Of a stretch of 64,000 nt of DNA, positions 36,122-45,031 are shown one piece after another. The translations under genes were made by a program, and so were the position numbers. How positions within the stretch are numbered: the stretch's first letter is position 1; each line of letters begins with the position of its first letter. Origin of the DNA: Anaerolineae bacterium (GTDB lineage: Bacteria; Chloroflexota; Anaerolineae; Aggregatilineales; J027); the NCBI GenBank assembly GCA_021463865.1, contig JAJTXY010000004.1:162858-226857 (forward strand), given 5' to 3'. Below the pieces are notes generated by a model. That model saw only the letters and a list, made by a program, of their open reading frames with translations, was not told the DNA's origin and searched no databases.

Positions 36122-36630
36122 CTGTCACCGTTGATGATTTCCGCGCTGTCATGCGCCAATGGCTTACCGGGATTACCATTGTCACCGCGTATTCACCCGA
36201 ATTAGGTCGGGCGCGAGGCATTACCGTTAATTCATTTACCTCCGTGTCGTTTAACCCCCTGCTCGTGTCGGTCTGCCTTACCAAATCCACCGAAACCGCC
36301 CAAGCTGTCCTCGATTCCGGTGCATTCGGGGTCTCCATTTTGTCCAGCGAACAAGACTATCTCTCTGTTCGTTTTGCGGGCATGGATCCCGATTTTCCCG
36401 CCGACCTTGACCGATTTACAGGTGTCCCCACCCACACCGCGATTACCCGTTCGCCTCTGCTCACCGACGGCCTCGGCTATTTAGATTGCAAAGTATGGGC
36501 GGTGTACGATGGCAGCACCCATCACATCGTTATAGGGGAAGTCGTGGCGGCGGCATTAAATCAATCTACCCCCCACGAGCCGCTCCTGTATTATAATCGG
36601 GTCTATCGGCGGTTAATGCCCCCGGAATAA
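36118..36630 (+). CDS. Flavin reductase-like domain protein
   Basis: ..FRAVMRQWLTGITIVTA....GITVNSFTSVSFNPLLVSVCL.. is the flavin_reduct signature. The start overlaps the upstream stop (ATGA). Confidence 0.7.
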   Translation: MTVTVDDFRAVMRQWLTGITIVTAYSPELGRARGITVNSFTSVSFNPLLVSVCLTKSTETAQAVLDSGAFGVSILSSEQDYLSVRFAGMDPDFPADLDRFTGVPTHTAITRSPLLTDGLGYLDCKVWAVYDGSTHHIVIGEVVAAALNQSTPHEPLLYYNRVYRRLMPPE

Positions 36631-36634
36631 GCCA

Positions 36635-37219
36635 ATGGATAGCGTTTACACCTCAGATGAGCAGTACCAGTTATTGACAACAGCACGTGCAACACTTGAG
36701 GCGGTCACACAAGGAGCCGCCTTGCCCAGCCTCAATTTGCACGATTTTTCACCCGCCCTCCAAGCCGAACGTGCCTGTTTTGTTACGTTGACCTATGCCG
36801 ACTCTGGCGAATTGCGCGGCTGCACGGGTACATTAGTCGCCCGCAGCCCGCTCATCTGGGAAGTCGCCTATACCACCCGCCAGACCGCCCTAAATGACCC
36901 GCGTTTCTATCCCGTTACCCCCGACGAAGTGTCCCAGTTGCACATTGAGATTAGCATCCTCACGCCGATGCAGCCTTTGCCCTACACCACCCCCGCCGAC
37001 CTCATGGCAAAATTACGCCCTAGCGTGGATGGCGTTACCTTGCAGCTAAATGATCGCCGTGCCACCTTTTTGCCACAGGTCTGGGATCGGGTGCCCGACC
37101 CTGCCACTTTCCTTAGTATGCTCTGCGACAAAATGGGGGTCGCACCAGATACATGGCAGCATGTCCCTTTACAGGTCTCGACCTATCAATCTATTATCAT
37201 CGAAGAACCTCACCCCTAA
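36635..37219 (+). CDS. AMMECR1 domain protein (AmmeMemoRadiSam system protein A-like)
   Basis: ..ACFVTLTY..GELRGCTGTL....L...V...T...A.NDPRF.PV...E...L.IEISILT.. follows the AMMECR1 pattern, including the LRGC(I/T)G motif. Confidence 0.75.
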   Translation: MDSVYTSDEQYQLLTTARATLEAVTQGAALPSLNLHDFSPALQAERACFVTLTYADSGELRGCTGTLVARSPLIWEVAYTTRQTALNDPRFYPVTPDEVSQLHIEISILTPMQPLPYTTPADLMAKLRPSVDGVTLQLNDRRATFLPQVWDRVPDPATFLSMLCDKMGVAPDTWQHVPLQVSTYQSIIIEEPHP

Positions 37220-37400
37220 ATTGATTCCTCCAGTCTTATCCCATCGCCTCCCAAGCCGTCAATCCTTCACACCGTTCAAGTTTCGACCTATCAATCCACA
37301 ATCACCCACCGTTCGCCCTATTTCAGCACTCTGTACTATTGCAGCCCTTCCCACATCCCTTTAAAATCGGCATTGTCATGTTTGTCACAAGTTAGGATTA

Positions 37401-38357
37401 GTGCCAATGTCGAATGTTCGGAGTTCATCTCACTGGGTCACACGCCTGCCTTTTATCATGCTGGGGGCGTTGATGCTCACTGCATTGTTGGTTGCGTGTG
37501 GAGATAAGGATGAACCACCTCCTACCGAATTCGTGATAGTACCGGGCGTACCCACCTCCACCAGCACGCCGACCATCGCCCCTACCATCAATGAAACCGA
37601 AACCATCGCTGCAATTTTGGAGTCCGCCAATGCCACCGCGACAACCCAACAGCAGATTATTGATGCCCAAGCCACCCAGTTGACCCTTGTCACGACCCAA
37701 CAGGTCGAAGGCGGTCAGCAGGGTGATCCGCCAACCGTTGAGCCTGCCATCGCCGTAACACAGACCTATCAGGCCAGCCAGCCGACCCCGACCCCGACGG
37801 AAACCGCCCTACCCAGCATCTTCCCAACGCCGCAAATTGAACAGGTGATTGTGGTTGAGCAGGTCTTTGAAGGCGGGCGTATGTTCTGGTTCCGTGAGAG
37901 CCATAAAATTTGGGTGGTCTATGGCGTAGATACTGCCGACCCCGGCAAGATTGTCGTTGACCCGACACAGGGCGAATGGCTTTGTTACGACGATACTTTT
38001 GTGGATGGCGAACCGGAACTCGACCCCGCGATGGAACCGCCCGCCGACTCCGCCACCACTTCGACTTTCGTCTCGGTCTATCCGCAGGCCCGTGTCCAAC
38101 AGCCGATTCGGGGTTTTGGCAAATTGTGGCGCGAACACGCTGAACTGCGCGACCATTTAGGCTGGGCACTCACCGCCGAAATTGAACACAACACCCGCCG
38201 CGAGTATCTGGCAGGGGGTACAGTACAAAATGGCGCGTATGTCCCCGGCCCCGGTGAATGGCGCGTGGGGTCGTTTTTTAATGCGACCTATATTTTCCTA
38301 GAGAAAGAACTCGGTGCGGACTGCCCAACCGGGACATGGCGTATGCGTCAGGGCTAA
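37401..38357 (+). CDS. Lipoprotein, unknown function
   Basis: Signal peptide with a lipobox (..LLVACGDKDE) and a Pro/Thr-rich linker. The C-terminal globular part has no motif I recognise. Confidence 0.6.
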   Translation: MPMSNVRSSSHWVTRLPFIMLGALMLTALLVACGDKDEPPPTEFVIVPGVPTSTSTPTIAPTINETETIAAILESANATATTQQQIIDAQATQLTLVTTQQVEGGQQGDPPTVEPAIAVTQTYQASQPTPTPTETALPSIFPTPQIEQVIVVEQVFEGGRMFWFRESHKIWVVYGVDTADPGKIVVDPTQGEWLCYDDTFVDGEPELDPAMEPPADSATTSTFVSVYPQARVQQPIRGFGKLWREHAELRDHLGWALTAEIEHNTRREYLAGGTVQNGAYVPGPGEWRVGSFFNATYIFLEKELGADCPTGTWRMRQG

Positions 38358-38431
38358 AGCGGAGAAATCTTACATCTCGTAGGGGCGACGTCTCAGACTC
38401 GCCCTTTTCGTTTTATTCGGTTTGCAAACTG

Positions 38432-38701
38432 CTAACGGCGATCTTCAATTACCCATTCTGATAAAGTCGGCGTCCCTTGAAAGGCTTGGGATATTTCATC
38501 TGCCATCAATTCCAAATCGGCATCGCTATCATCACTCGTATCAGGCCATGACGCCACCAAATCACCCAATGCGGCTCTTAGCGCATCCTTATCCAAAATC
38601 GACTTGACAATCACCTCCACTTGCTGCCCCTCTGCCAATTCTATTGGTTCTAGGAGGCGCAACTGTCCGTGTTCATAAACCGCTTGTACAGTTTGTATCA
38701 T
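38432..38701 (-). CDS. DUF104 (AF2212-like antitoxin fold) protein with an acidic C-terminal extension
   Basis: MIQTVQAVYEHGQLRLLEPIELAEGQQVEVIV is the characteristic DUF104 N-terminus (a.Y.nG.l.Ple.l.l.eG..v.v.i). Its ATG overlaps the upstream stop (ATGA). Confidence 0.6.
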   Translation of the reverse strand: MIQTVQAVYEHGQLRLLEPIELAEGQQVEVIVKSILDKDALRAALGDLVASWPDTSDDSDADLELMADEISQAFQGTPTLSEWVIEDRR

Positions 38702-38952
38702 TTTTTCACACTCCTTCGCTCACGCCTGACCTCGGCTAGTGCTTCATCAATCACTCGGTTGACTTCTTCCTCCGACATCTGCGTCGCTTGTTCTTGCACA
38801 GGTCGCATCAACTCGTCAATCTTTCGCCAATTTTCGGCAGGTACAACCCACCAACGCGCTCCTTGCCGTTCTCGAATATAAAGTTGTAATTGATACAATT
38901 CTTCGGGCGTCATTTCATCCACCACCCGAAAAACCATCTGCATATCGGTCAT
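38698..38952 (-). CDS. Small helical protein, unknown function, translationally coupled to the DUF104 gene
   Basis: 84-aa ORF with no recognisable family and a 4-nt overlap with the downstream gene. Confidence 0.45.
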   Translation of the reverse strand: MTDMQMVFRVVDEMTPEELYQLQLYIRERQGARWWVVPAENWRKIDELMRPVQEQATQMSEEEVNRVIDEALAEVRRERRSVKK

Positions 38953-39076
38953 GGTTTAAAACCCTTCTCACCCTTACAACCATCACCCCGATGATAGCAT
39001 ACCCGTCGCTGGAAAGGGGGACACCCCCTGCATCCCACGTCAGAAATGCAGCGTTCCAGAATTCAGAAAACCAGAA

Positions 39077-40336
39077 CTAGGGGAGGGCGGATGCACAACG
39101 AAAACCCCTGACACTGTCGACACGGCTGGGATCATCCCCGCCGCGCAGAGCAGTACGAAGGAAGTAATCACTACTGAGGAATGAGCCTCCTCGCAATACA
39201 CGATTATTGTCTTTATGAGTATTAGCTGAATCTGTACCCCATTCTGTCATGCACCATTCCCACACATTCCCGACCATATCCATCACACCAAACTTACTTG
39301 CACCCTCCAAATATTGGGTTACAGGTGTTACATGTGCCATATGGTAACCAAAATTACACAACCCTGTATCTGGTTTTCGATTACCCCAAGGATACTCACG
39401 TCCGTCATCTGCTTGAGCGGCACGTTGCCACTGCTGCTCTGTTGGAAGTATGATGTTTTGATCTGTCCCATTGCCTAACCAACGGCAAAATGCTACTGCC
39501 TCATACCAACTGACATTAGTACGCGGCGAGTCATCCCCAGGAAAGCCCGTTTCATGAGGCGTCTTGTGTTCGGCCCGCCATTGTCTCGCCTCTTCCGAGT
39601 AATTCCACCACTTTACATCCCAATAACCATCCTTTGAGGCGAGAAATACCTCATATTGGGCATTGGTAATTGGATATTTCGCCATCAAAAATGCTGGAAT
39701 TTCAAATGTGCCGCCTTTGGTTCCCCCATCCGAACTCGCATCCTCCAGCGTCACCTTGCCCGCCGGAATCTCGCACCATTCAAAGGGTTGTGGCAGAATA
39801 TCCCATACCTCGATTTTCTTCGGGTTGGATGGGATCATCTTCTTGCTATTCCGCCGATCCAATTCGGCTTCCAATGCCCCGATAATATCCGCAATGTTTT
39901 TCAAAAAAGGCCGCCCCGAGTCCAATTCCGGCGCATGATAGCGGGTAATTGCCTTCAAGTCGGGGAAATCTTGCAAATCTTTTGCATTGGGCATTTTCGC
40001 CCCTTTAATGCAAATCGGCGCGACCAGTTTGCCCTGTTCCAATGCAATCGCAATTTCCAACCGCACATAATCCGTTTCGTCACGGCCTGCTCGTTCGTGC
40101 AAGTGTTCCAACCACTGCGGCCCGATAATCACAAGCACCACTTCCGATTCCAATACTTTTTCGCGGATGAACTCGGCAAAATCGGTAAAATACGGCATGT
40201 TGCTCAAATCCATAAACACCCGTTCACCATCATACCCATTGGCGATAAACCAATCACGGATACGTTCTACAAAATCGGGGTGGTCAGGGCGGCGGTAGCT
40301 AATAAAGATGGTGGGTTTCTGAGAGGTCATAAACAA
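39077..40336 (-). CDS. TIR domain / formylglycine-generating-enzyme (FGE-sulfatase, SUMF1-like) domain fusion protein
   Basis: The N-terminus reads TIFISYRRPDHPDFVERIRDWF..GERVFMD......I.E.VLESEVVLVIIGPQWL....DYVRLEIAIALEQGK, the TIR_2 pattern (FISY..D, vvvlvS, conserved Glu). The C-terminus reads ..YPITNAQYEVF......PRTNVSWYEAVAFCRWL....LPTEQQWQRAA....YPWG....GNVWEWC....RVLRGGSF...., the FGE-sulfatase pattern. Confidence 0.8.
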   Translation of the reverse strand: MFMTSQKPTIFISYRRPDHPDFVERIRDWFIANGYDGERVFMDLSNMPYFTDFAEFIREKVLESEVVLVIIGPQWLEHLHERAGRDETDYVRLEIAIALEQGKLVAPICIKGAKMPNAKDLQDFPDLKAITRYHAPELDSGRPFLKNIADIIGALEAELDRRNSKKMIPSNPKKIEVWDILPQPFEWCEIPAGKVTLEDASSDGGTKGGTFEIPAFLMAKYPITNAQYEVFLASKDGYWDVKWWNYSEEARQWRAEHKTPHETGFPGDDSPRTNVSWYEAVAFCRWLGNGTDQNIILPTEQQWQRAAQADDGREYPWGNRKPDTGLCNFGYHMAHVTPVTQYLEGASKFGVMDMVGNVWEWCMTEWGTDSANTHKDNNRVLRGGSFLSSDYFLRTALRGGDDPSRVDSVRGFRCASALP

Positions 40337-40434
40337 ACAAACTCCATCGGAGCAGGAATTTTTTCAATAATCGCAACACCTTAAATAATACCCAATAATC
40401 ACCAGATCGTGATGACTACAACGATTCCTATGTT

Positions 40435-40499
40435 GCTTGATCTGTTTTTCCAGCTAGATTCAGCACGGCGGCTTTAGCCCCGTGAGCTAATAGGCCAAC
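40435..40499. repeat. Intergenic repeat copy B (same family and orientation as 1187-1254)
   Basis: The core at 40453-40483 is identical to 1208-1238 and the flanks are similar. Confidence 0.8.
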
Positions 40500-40642
40500 C
40501 CCCATCCTATCAAAATTCACCGACGTTAACGGTCAATTATGACCCACCCCCATAACCGATGACATCACTTGACAAGTGCATCCCGTTTAAGAGCATCAAC
40601 TGGGTTGAATTTATGCCCATCCCACAGAACACATTTTCTAAT

Positions 40643-41566
40643 TTAACTAATCCCTAACACGCGCAAAATCCCCGGCGTAATATCCATCAACGAAGTGAAG
40701 TTCTCCGCGAATTCATGCCGTTTTTCGCCAATCACCACCGTCGGGACTAAATTTTCGCTGTGCCGCCGATCCCCCTGCACTTCCAGATTGCCATGATCGG
40801 ACGTGATAATGATTAAACCCTCATCATCAAGCCATTTTCCCAGCAGCCCCGCCATCACCCGGTCAAACCGCTCCATGAACTTAACCGCATCCTCAAACGG
40901 CCCCCGATGCCCAATTTCATCCGTAATCCATGTGCTAAAAAACGTAAAATCGCGCTGCCAAGCCAGTTCCGCCAGTCTCACCCCCGCTTCCTCCGGCGTA
41001 TAGACCGGGGCATCGGGATAGCCCAGATATTCGCGCCAACCCTCGCCCGTCCAATCCGGCGCAATGGCTTCCCCCGCATGATAATGCCGTTCTGTCAATA
41101 GGGGCAACCCCGCCGACATCACCGCAATCTGATAACTGGATGGGATACGTTTGCCGCTTTCAATGCCCTTAAAAAATCCCGGCGGATAGGGGTTAATCAG
41201 CGCCGCCGTGCGGTTATGGGCCACCAGCGTCTTAAACAAATTATCTTGCTGCAAAATCTCCCGAATCGGCGGATTTGGCTTGGGACCATAGTGTTCGCCA
41301 ATCTCGGCGGGCACATTTCGCCCTGTAAAAATGGTCGCCTGCCCGCTGGCACTTTGCGGCCTGCCAGAGACGCCAAACTGGGCATCAGTAGGGATAAAAA
41401 TGGCCCGTTTGGTCTCGGTGCGCGGCGTATCGCGTAACCAGCGTCTGCCCCCCGCCAAACTATGCAATGTTGGTGCATTGATGACCGCGAATGGGTTGAT
41501 TGCTGGGTCGTCATCACCCAAGCCAATGCCATCAAGAAAAATCAAGAGGATATGTGGTGTCGGCAT
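40643..41566 (-). CDS. Alkaline-phosphatase-superfamily metalloenzyme domain protein (cofactor-independent phosphoglycerate mutase / phosphopentomutase-like)
   Basis: N-terminal ILLIFLDGIGLGDDD (metal-binding Asp) and C-terminal ..LIIITSDHGN.. are typical of the metalloenzyme/AP superfamily core. Confidence 0.6.
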   Translation of the reverse strand: MPTPHILLIFLDGIGLGDDDPAINPFAVINAPTLHSLAGGRRWLRDTPRTETKRAIFIPTDAQFGVSGRPQSASGQATIFTGRNVPAEIGEHYGPKPNPPIREILQQDNLFKTLVAHNRTAALINPYPPGFFKGIESGKRIPSSYQIAVMSAGLPLLTERHYHAGEAIAPDWTGEGWREYLGYPDAPVYTPEEAGVRLAELAWQRDFTFFSTWITDEIGHRGPFEDAVKFMERFDRVMAGLLGKWLDDEGLIIITSDHGNLEVQGDRRHSENLVPTVVIGEKRHEFAENFTSLMDITPGILRVLGIS

Positions 41567-41623
41567 GTTCGTGTTACACTCGGATAGAAAATTTGGCTAC
41601 TATAATTTGGGAGGAAACGACTG

Positions 41624-42739
41624 ATGCGCCCCCCTCTAAAAAATCTCTGGCGATTGACGGGAATCGGCTTGTGTGTCGTGTTTATGCTGGTTTTGATGGT
41701 ATCTGGCACGTATTCCACCCGTGCTCAAGATGCCCCTACCCCCACCACTGAACCATTGCCTCAATCAAGCCCGATGGCGGCAACCCCAACCTCGGAGGCC
41801 CCGCCCCTTTCGACCAGTCAACTTGCCCTGTTATCACAAATAGATGCGGCGAACCTTGACCAGTCTAACTGGCAGTCCTATCGCGTGGTCAGCTTTAACA
41901 ATATCAGCTTTGTCGAAACCCTGACCAACCCCGCCGATGGCAGCATCTTATCACAACGTCAAGAGGACACGAATAGTCTAATTACTACCGATGTGCAAGG
42001 CGACATCCGCACACCCAATCACCTCCGTAGTGCCCTGATGACGGTGGAACGCATTGAACGCAGCAGTTTTTCAGCAGGCACTCCCACTACCGAGCAATAT
42101 ACGCTGCTAGTTGAGGCGCGGTATGTCAACAATCGGCTATATATACAAGCGATACGCACGGGTGGATCGGAAAGTTTGCCCGCTATGCCCCCCGTTGGTT
42201 GGACAGACATCACCGATAATCCCAACCAATTCCCAGCACTAGCGGCGATAAATCTGCGTCAATATGTGCCCAGTGCGACCCAAACACCGGGACTTAATCC
42301 CTTGACGACCACCGATTGGGTTAGTGTAGTCCAAAACACCCCTCTGCGTGATTTGATTGCCGATATTCGCCTTGAACAGCCCGAAACATTTTTGGAAGGC
42401 CCATTCGCTGGACAGACCTTTAATAAAATCATCGTTCAGCTAGACCCAGCGGCGGTGATGCGGGCCGCGTTTGCCAATCGCCCCGATGCCGAAGTATTGA
42501 TCGCAGTGTTCGTCAACGAAGGGGTAGACATGTCACTGACGATCTGGCTGGATCAGACCAATTCACGGCGGGTACGCGAGCAATATGTGTTTGTAATTCA
42601 GGGCAACCCAACACCGGAATCGTTTGGCTATGCCCCCGGTGATATTGGCGAAGGCAGCCTGATTAATGCCATATTCTCGTCGGAGAGCGATTTGACCTAT
42701 ACGGCGAACACACCCGTCAAGATTGAAGTGCCACAATAA
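41624..42739 (+). CDS. Secreted protein, unknown function
   Basis: GGGAGG RBS, an N-terminal hydrophobic signal (LTGIGLCVVFMLVLMVSG) and a Pro/Thr linker. Confidence 0.6.
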   Translation: MRPPLKNLWRLTGIGLCVVFMLVLMVSGTYSTRAQDAPTPTTEPLPQSSPMAATPTSEAPPLSTSQLALLSQIDAANLDQSNWQSYRVVSFNNISFVETLTNPADGSILSQRQEDTNSLITTDVQGDIRTPNHLRSALMTVERIERSSFSAGTPTTEQYTLLVEARYVNNRLYIQAIRTGGSESLPAMPPVGWTDITDNPNQFPALAAINLRQYVPSATQTPGLNPLTTTDWVSVVQNTPLRDLIADIRLEQPETFLEGPFAGQTFNKIIVQLDPAAVMRAAFANRPDAEVLIAVFVNEGVDMSLTIWLDQTNSRRVREQYVFVIQGNPTPESFGYAPGDIGEGSLINAIFSSESDLTYTANTPVKIEVPQ

Positions 42740-42845
42740 GATAAATAGAAATTGAAACCCGTTTTTAACACTGGATTAGTGGCATTTCTGTGGGTTTCAT
42801 ATACTATAATACAGGCGATTATCGAATCAACAGAGGCGTAAACCG

Positions 42846-44426
42846 ATGGCAGGCGAAGTCATTTTAATTGTAGACGACGGGCGTGAAAGCCGCGATTTTA
42901 TTGTGGATTATATCCTCAAGCCTAATCAATTTACCCCCCTGATTGCCCGCAACGGCCTAGAGGGGTTGGAGATGGCCCGCCAGCATCGCCCCGACTTAAT
43001 CCTGCTCGATTTGCAGATGCCCAAAATGAATGGGATGCAAGTCTTGGACGCCCTCAACGAAGAAAGCATAGACATCCCGGTTATTTTGATGACCTTTCAT
43101 GGCAATGAGGAAATCGCCATTGAGGTTTTTCGTAAGGGGGTACGGGATTACGTCAAAAAGCCCTATACCGTCGAAGAAATGGTCGCCGCTATCGAACGCA
43201 GTCTAAGCGAAGTACGCCTGCGCAAAGAAAAAGATGCCCTGACGGAACGCCTCATCGCCGCCAATACCGATCTCAGCCAGCGTATTCGTGAACTCAACGC
43301 GCTATATAATGTCGGCAAAAGCGTGACCGCCCTCACCAGTATTGATGAATTACTCCCCAACATCCTCCGCGCCGCCACTGAAGTGACAGGGACAGAAGAA
43401 GGTAGCTTACATTTGATTCAAGGCGAGGAACTCATTTGTCGGGCCATCAAACAACCTGAAGAAGCCAATATTCGCGCGGTCTACCAAGCCAGCAAAAATC
43501 GTTTTGCATGGCATGTAATCCAGCATGGTCAACCGCTCGTGGTAACGCCACAGGAATTAGCCCCCTTACGCCAGAAAAATCCAGCCCTCCCTGTCGCGGC
43601 ACTCTACAGCCCGCTGACGTTAGGGAGTCGTGTGATTGGTGCATTGGGAGTCGGGAATATGCGGGAAAATGCACAGCCTTTCCGCAAACAAGATGCGGCC
43701 ATGTTAAGTGCCCTTTCCGACTATGCCGCCATTGCGATTGAAAATGCCGCCAATTTTGCGGAACTCTCCCAATTTAAAGACCAAGAGATGAATTCCGTAT
43801 TGGTCTCATTGGAACAGGTTATCTCGCCCAATTTGATTGAGCGCCTCCTGACGGATAATCCTCGAGAGGCGCTTCAACCTATGCACGGGGAGGTCAGTGT
43901 TTTGGCGGTTGATTTACGTGGCTACCCCATGTTGATGGACCACGTTCAGCCGGGTCAACTGGTCGAATTGATTAACCGACATTTCAGCCTGCTAACCGAC
44001 ATTGCTGCTGAATATGGCGGCACCATTGACCGTGTATCAGGAGATGGCGGTCTCATCTTTTTTAATGCCCCTCAACAGCAAGCTCAACACGAGTTTTTGG
44101 CAGTCGAGGCCGCTTTGCAATTGCAGCATCGCATCGAGAACAACAAACTCGGCCCCGATAGTATTCGATTTGGAGTCGGCCTGCATGTTGGGGACGCGGT
44201 CATTGGTACGATGGGGGTTTTGAGCGGCTTGAATTACACTGTCGCCGGTAAAGAAGTGTTGTTGGCCCGTCGCCTGCAAGAACAAGCCCGCCCCGGCCAA
44301 ATTTTGATGTCCGATCAGATGGTGGCCCGTCTTGGCAAGCGCATCCAAGTTAATTTGTTGGGTGAAATGGCAGTCCGAGGCCAGCAAGCGCTTGTAAAGG
44401 TCTATGAACTGCTGGGCCTCGCGTAA
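42846..44426 (+). CDS. Response regulator with REC, GAF and class III adenylate/guanylate cyclase domains
   Basis: REC motifs are ILIVDDG, LILLDLQMP, MTFHG and KKPY. The central region is GAF-like. The cyclase segment reads VSVLAVDLRGY...L....FSLLTDIAAEYGGTIDRVSGDGGLIFFNAP ... GVGLHVGDAVIGTMG....YTVAGKEVLLARRLQ. Confidence 0.85.
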   Translation: MAGEVILIVDDGRESRDFIVDYILKPNQFTPLIARNGLEGLEMARQHRPDLILLDLQMPKMNGMQVLDALNEESIDIPVILMTFHGNEEIAIEVFRKGVRDYVKKPYTVEEMVAAIERSLSEVRLRKEKDALTERLIAANTDLSQRIRELNALYNVGKSVTALTSIDELLPNILRAATEVTGTEEGSLHLIQGEELICRAIKQPEEANIRAVYQASKNRFAWHVIQHGQPLVVTPQELAPLRQKNPALPVAALYSPLTLGSRVIGALGVGNMRENAQPFRKQDAAMLSALSDYAAIAIENAANFAELSQFKDQEMNSVLVSLEQVISPNLIERLLTDNPREALQPMHGEVSVLAVDLRGYPMLMDHVQPGQLVELINRHFSLLTDIAAEYGGTIDRVSGDGGLIFFNAPQQQAQHEFLAVEAALQLQHRIENNKLGPDSIRFGVGLHVGDAVIGTMGVLSGLNYTVAGKEVLLARRLQEQARPGQILMSDQMVARLGKRIQVNLLGEMAVRGQQALVKVYELLGLA

Positions 44427-44437
44427 TACTCTGTGTC

Positions 44438-44923
44438 CTAGCTGTGGGCCGGGTGTTTAGCGGGCTGGATCATCACAGAAGGTGTCTGAGTAACGTCTGT
44501 CACCGATTGTTCAAGTGTGTAAAGCTGGCAGTTACGACGATTGAGTTGCCGCTGCAAATTCCATAGCTGAAACCGTCGCCAATACGGAAGAGATGTAGCC
44601 GGCAGGGTAGCAAACACTGTCTTGCTCTCCAATGTTGCTGCCACTTCGACCAATGCCTCGGGCAGAGTAAAATATTGCATATTTTGGATGCAAAGTCTGA
44701 CACCATAATACTCGGCGGTTGCCACCAGTTCATCCACCAATTGATGCTCGTCACTACTCATAGGAACATTCGCCAGATCCGTCCCTACCCAAGTCATGTA
44801 TTGAACAGTCACCATCCGCACCAATGTAACATCAGATTGTTGAGTATGAGCCATTGCACAGGCCAGATGGAGCGCCTGAAGTGTCCACTGCCGATCCCGT
44901 AATTGAACCATAATCGTGTTCAT
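44438..44923 (-). CDS. Hypothetical protein (possibly a universal-stress-protein-like alpha/beta fold)
   Basis: 161-aa ORF directly downstream of the KdpE-like gene. The resemblance to USP (IMVQL..S..AL..A..MA......VTLVRMV) is weak. Confidence 0.4.
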   Translation of the reverse strand: MNTIMVQLRDRQWTLQALHLACAMAHTQQSDVTLVRMVTVQYMTWVGTDLANVPMSSDEHQLVDELVATAEYYGVRLCIQNMQYFTLPEALVEVAATLESKTVFATLPATSLPYWRRFQLWNLQRQLNRRNCQLYTLEQSVTDVTQTPSVMIQPAKHPAHS

Positions 44924-45031
44924 ATAAAAAAAACCCCGCCGTTTTCAGTTGATTTTCATCTTCTATGGTAGCAGGGCGGAATAAGGAAGGTCTCAAGAGT
45001 CCGACGGGGGGTATAAATTTTTTATCAAGGT

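Noticed and set aside
40643-41566. The alkaline-phosphatase-superfamily enzyme as a functional partner (signal-degrading phosphodiesterase) of the neighbouring TIR protein.
   Set aside because: The two genes are separated by a 306-nt spacer that contains the dispersed repeat and presumably a promoter. The enzyme looks like a phosphomutase-type housekeeping protein. Nothing in the sequence supports a link, so I kept it only as an annotated CDS.
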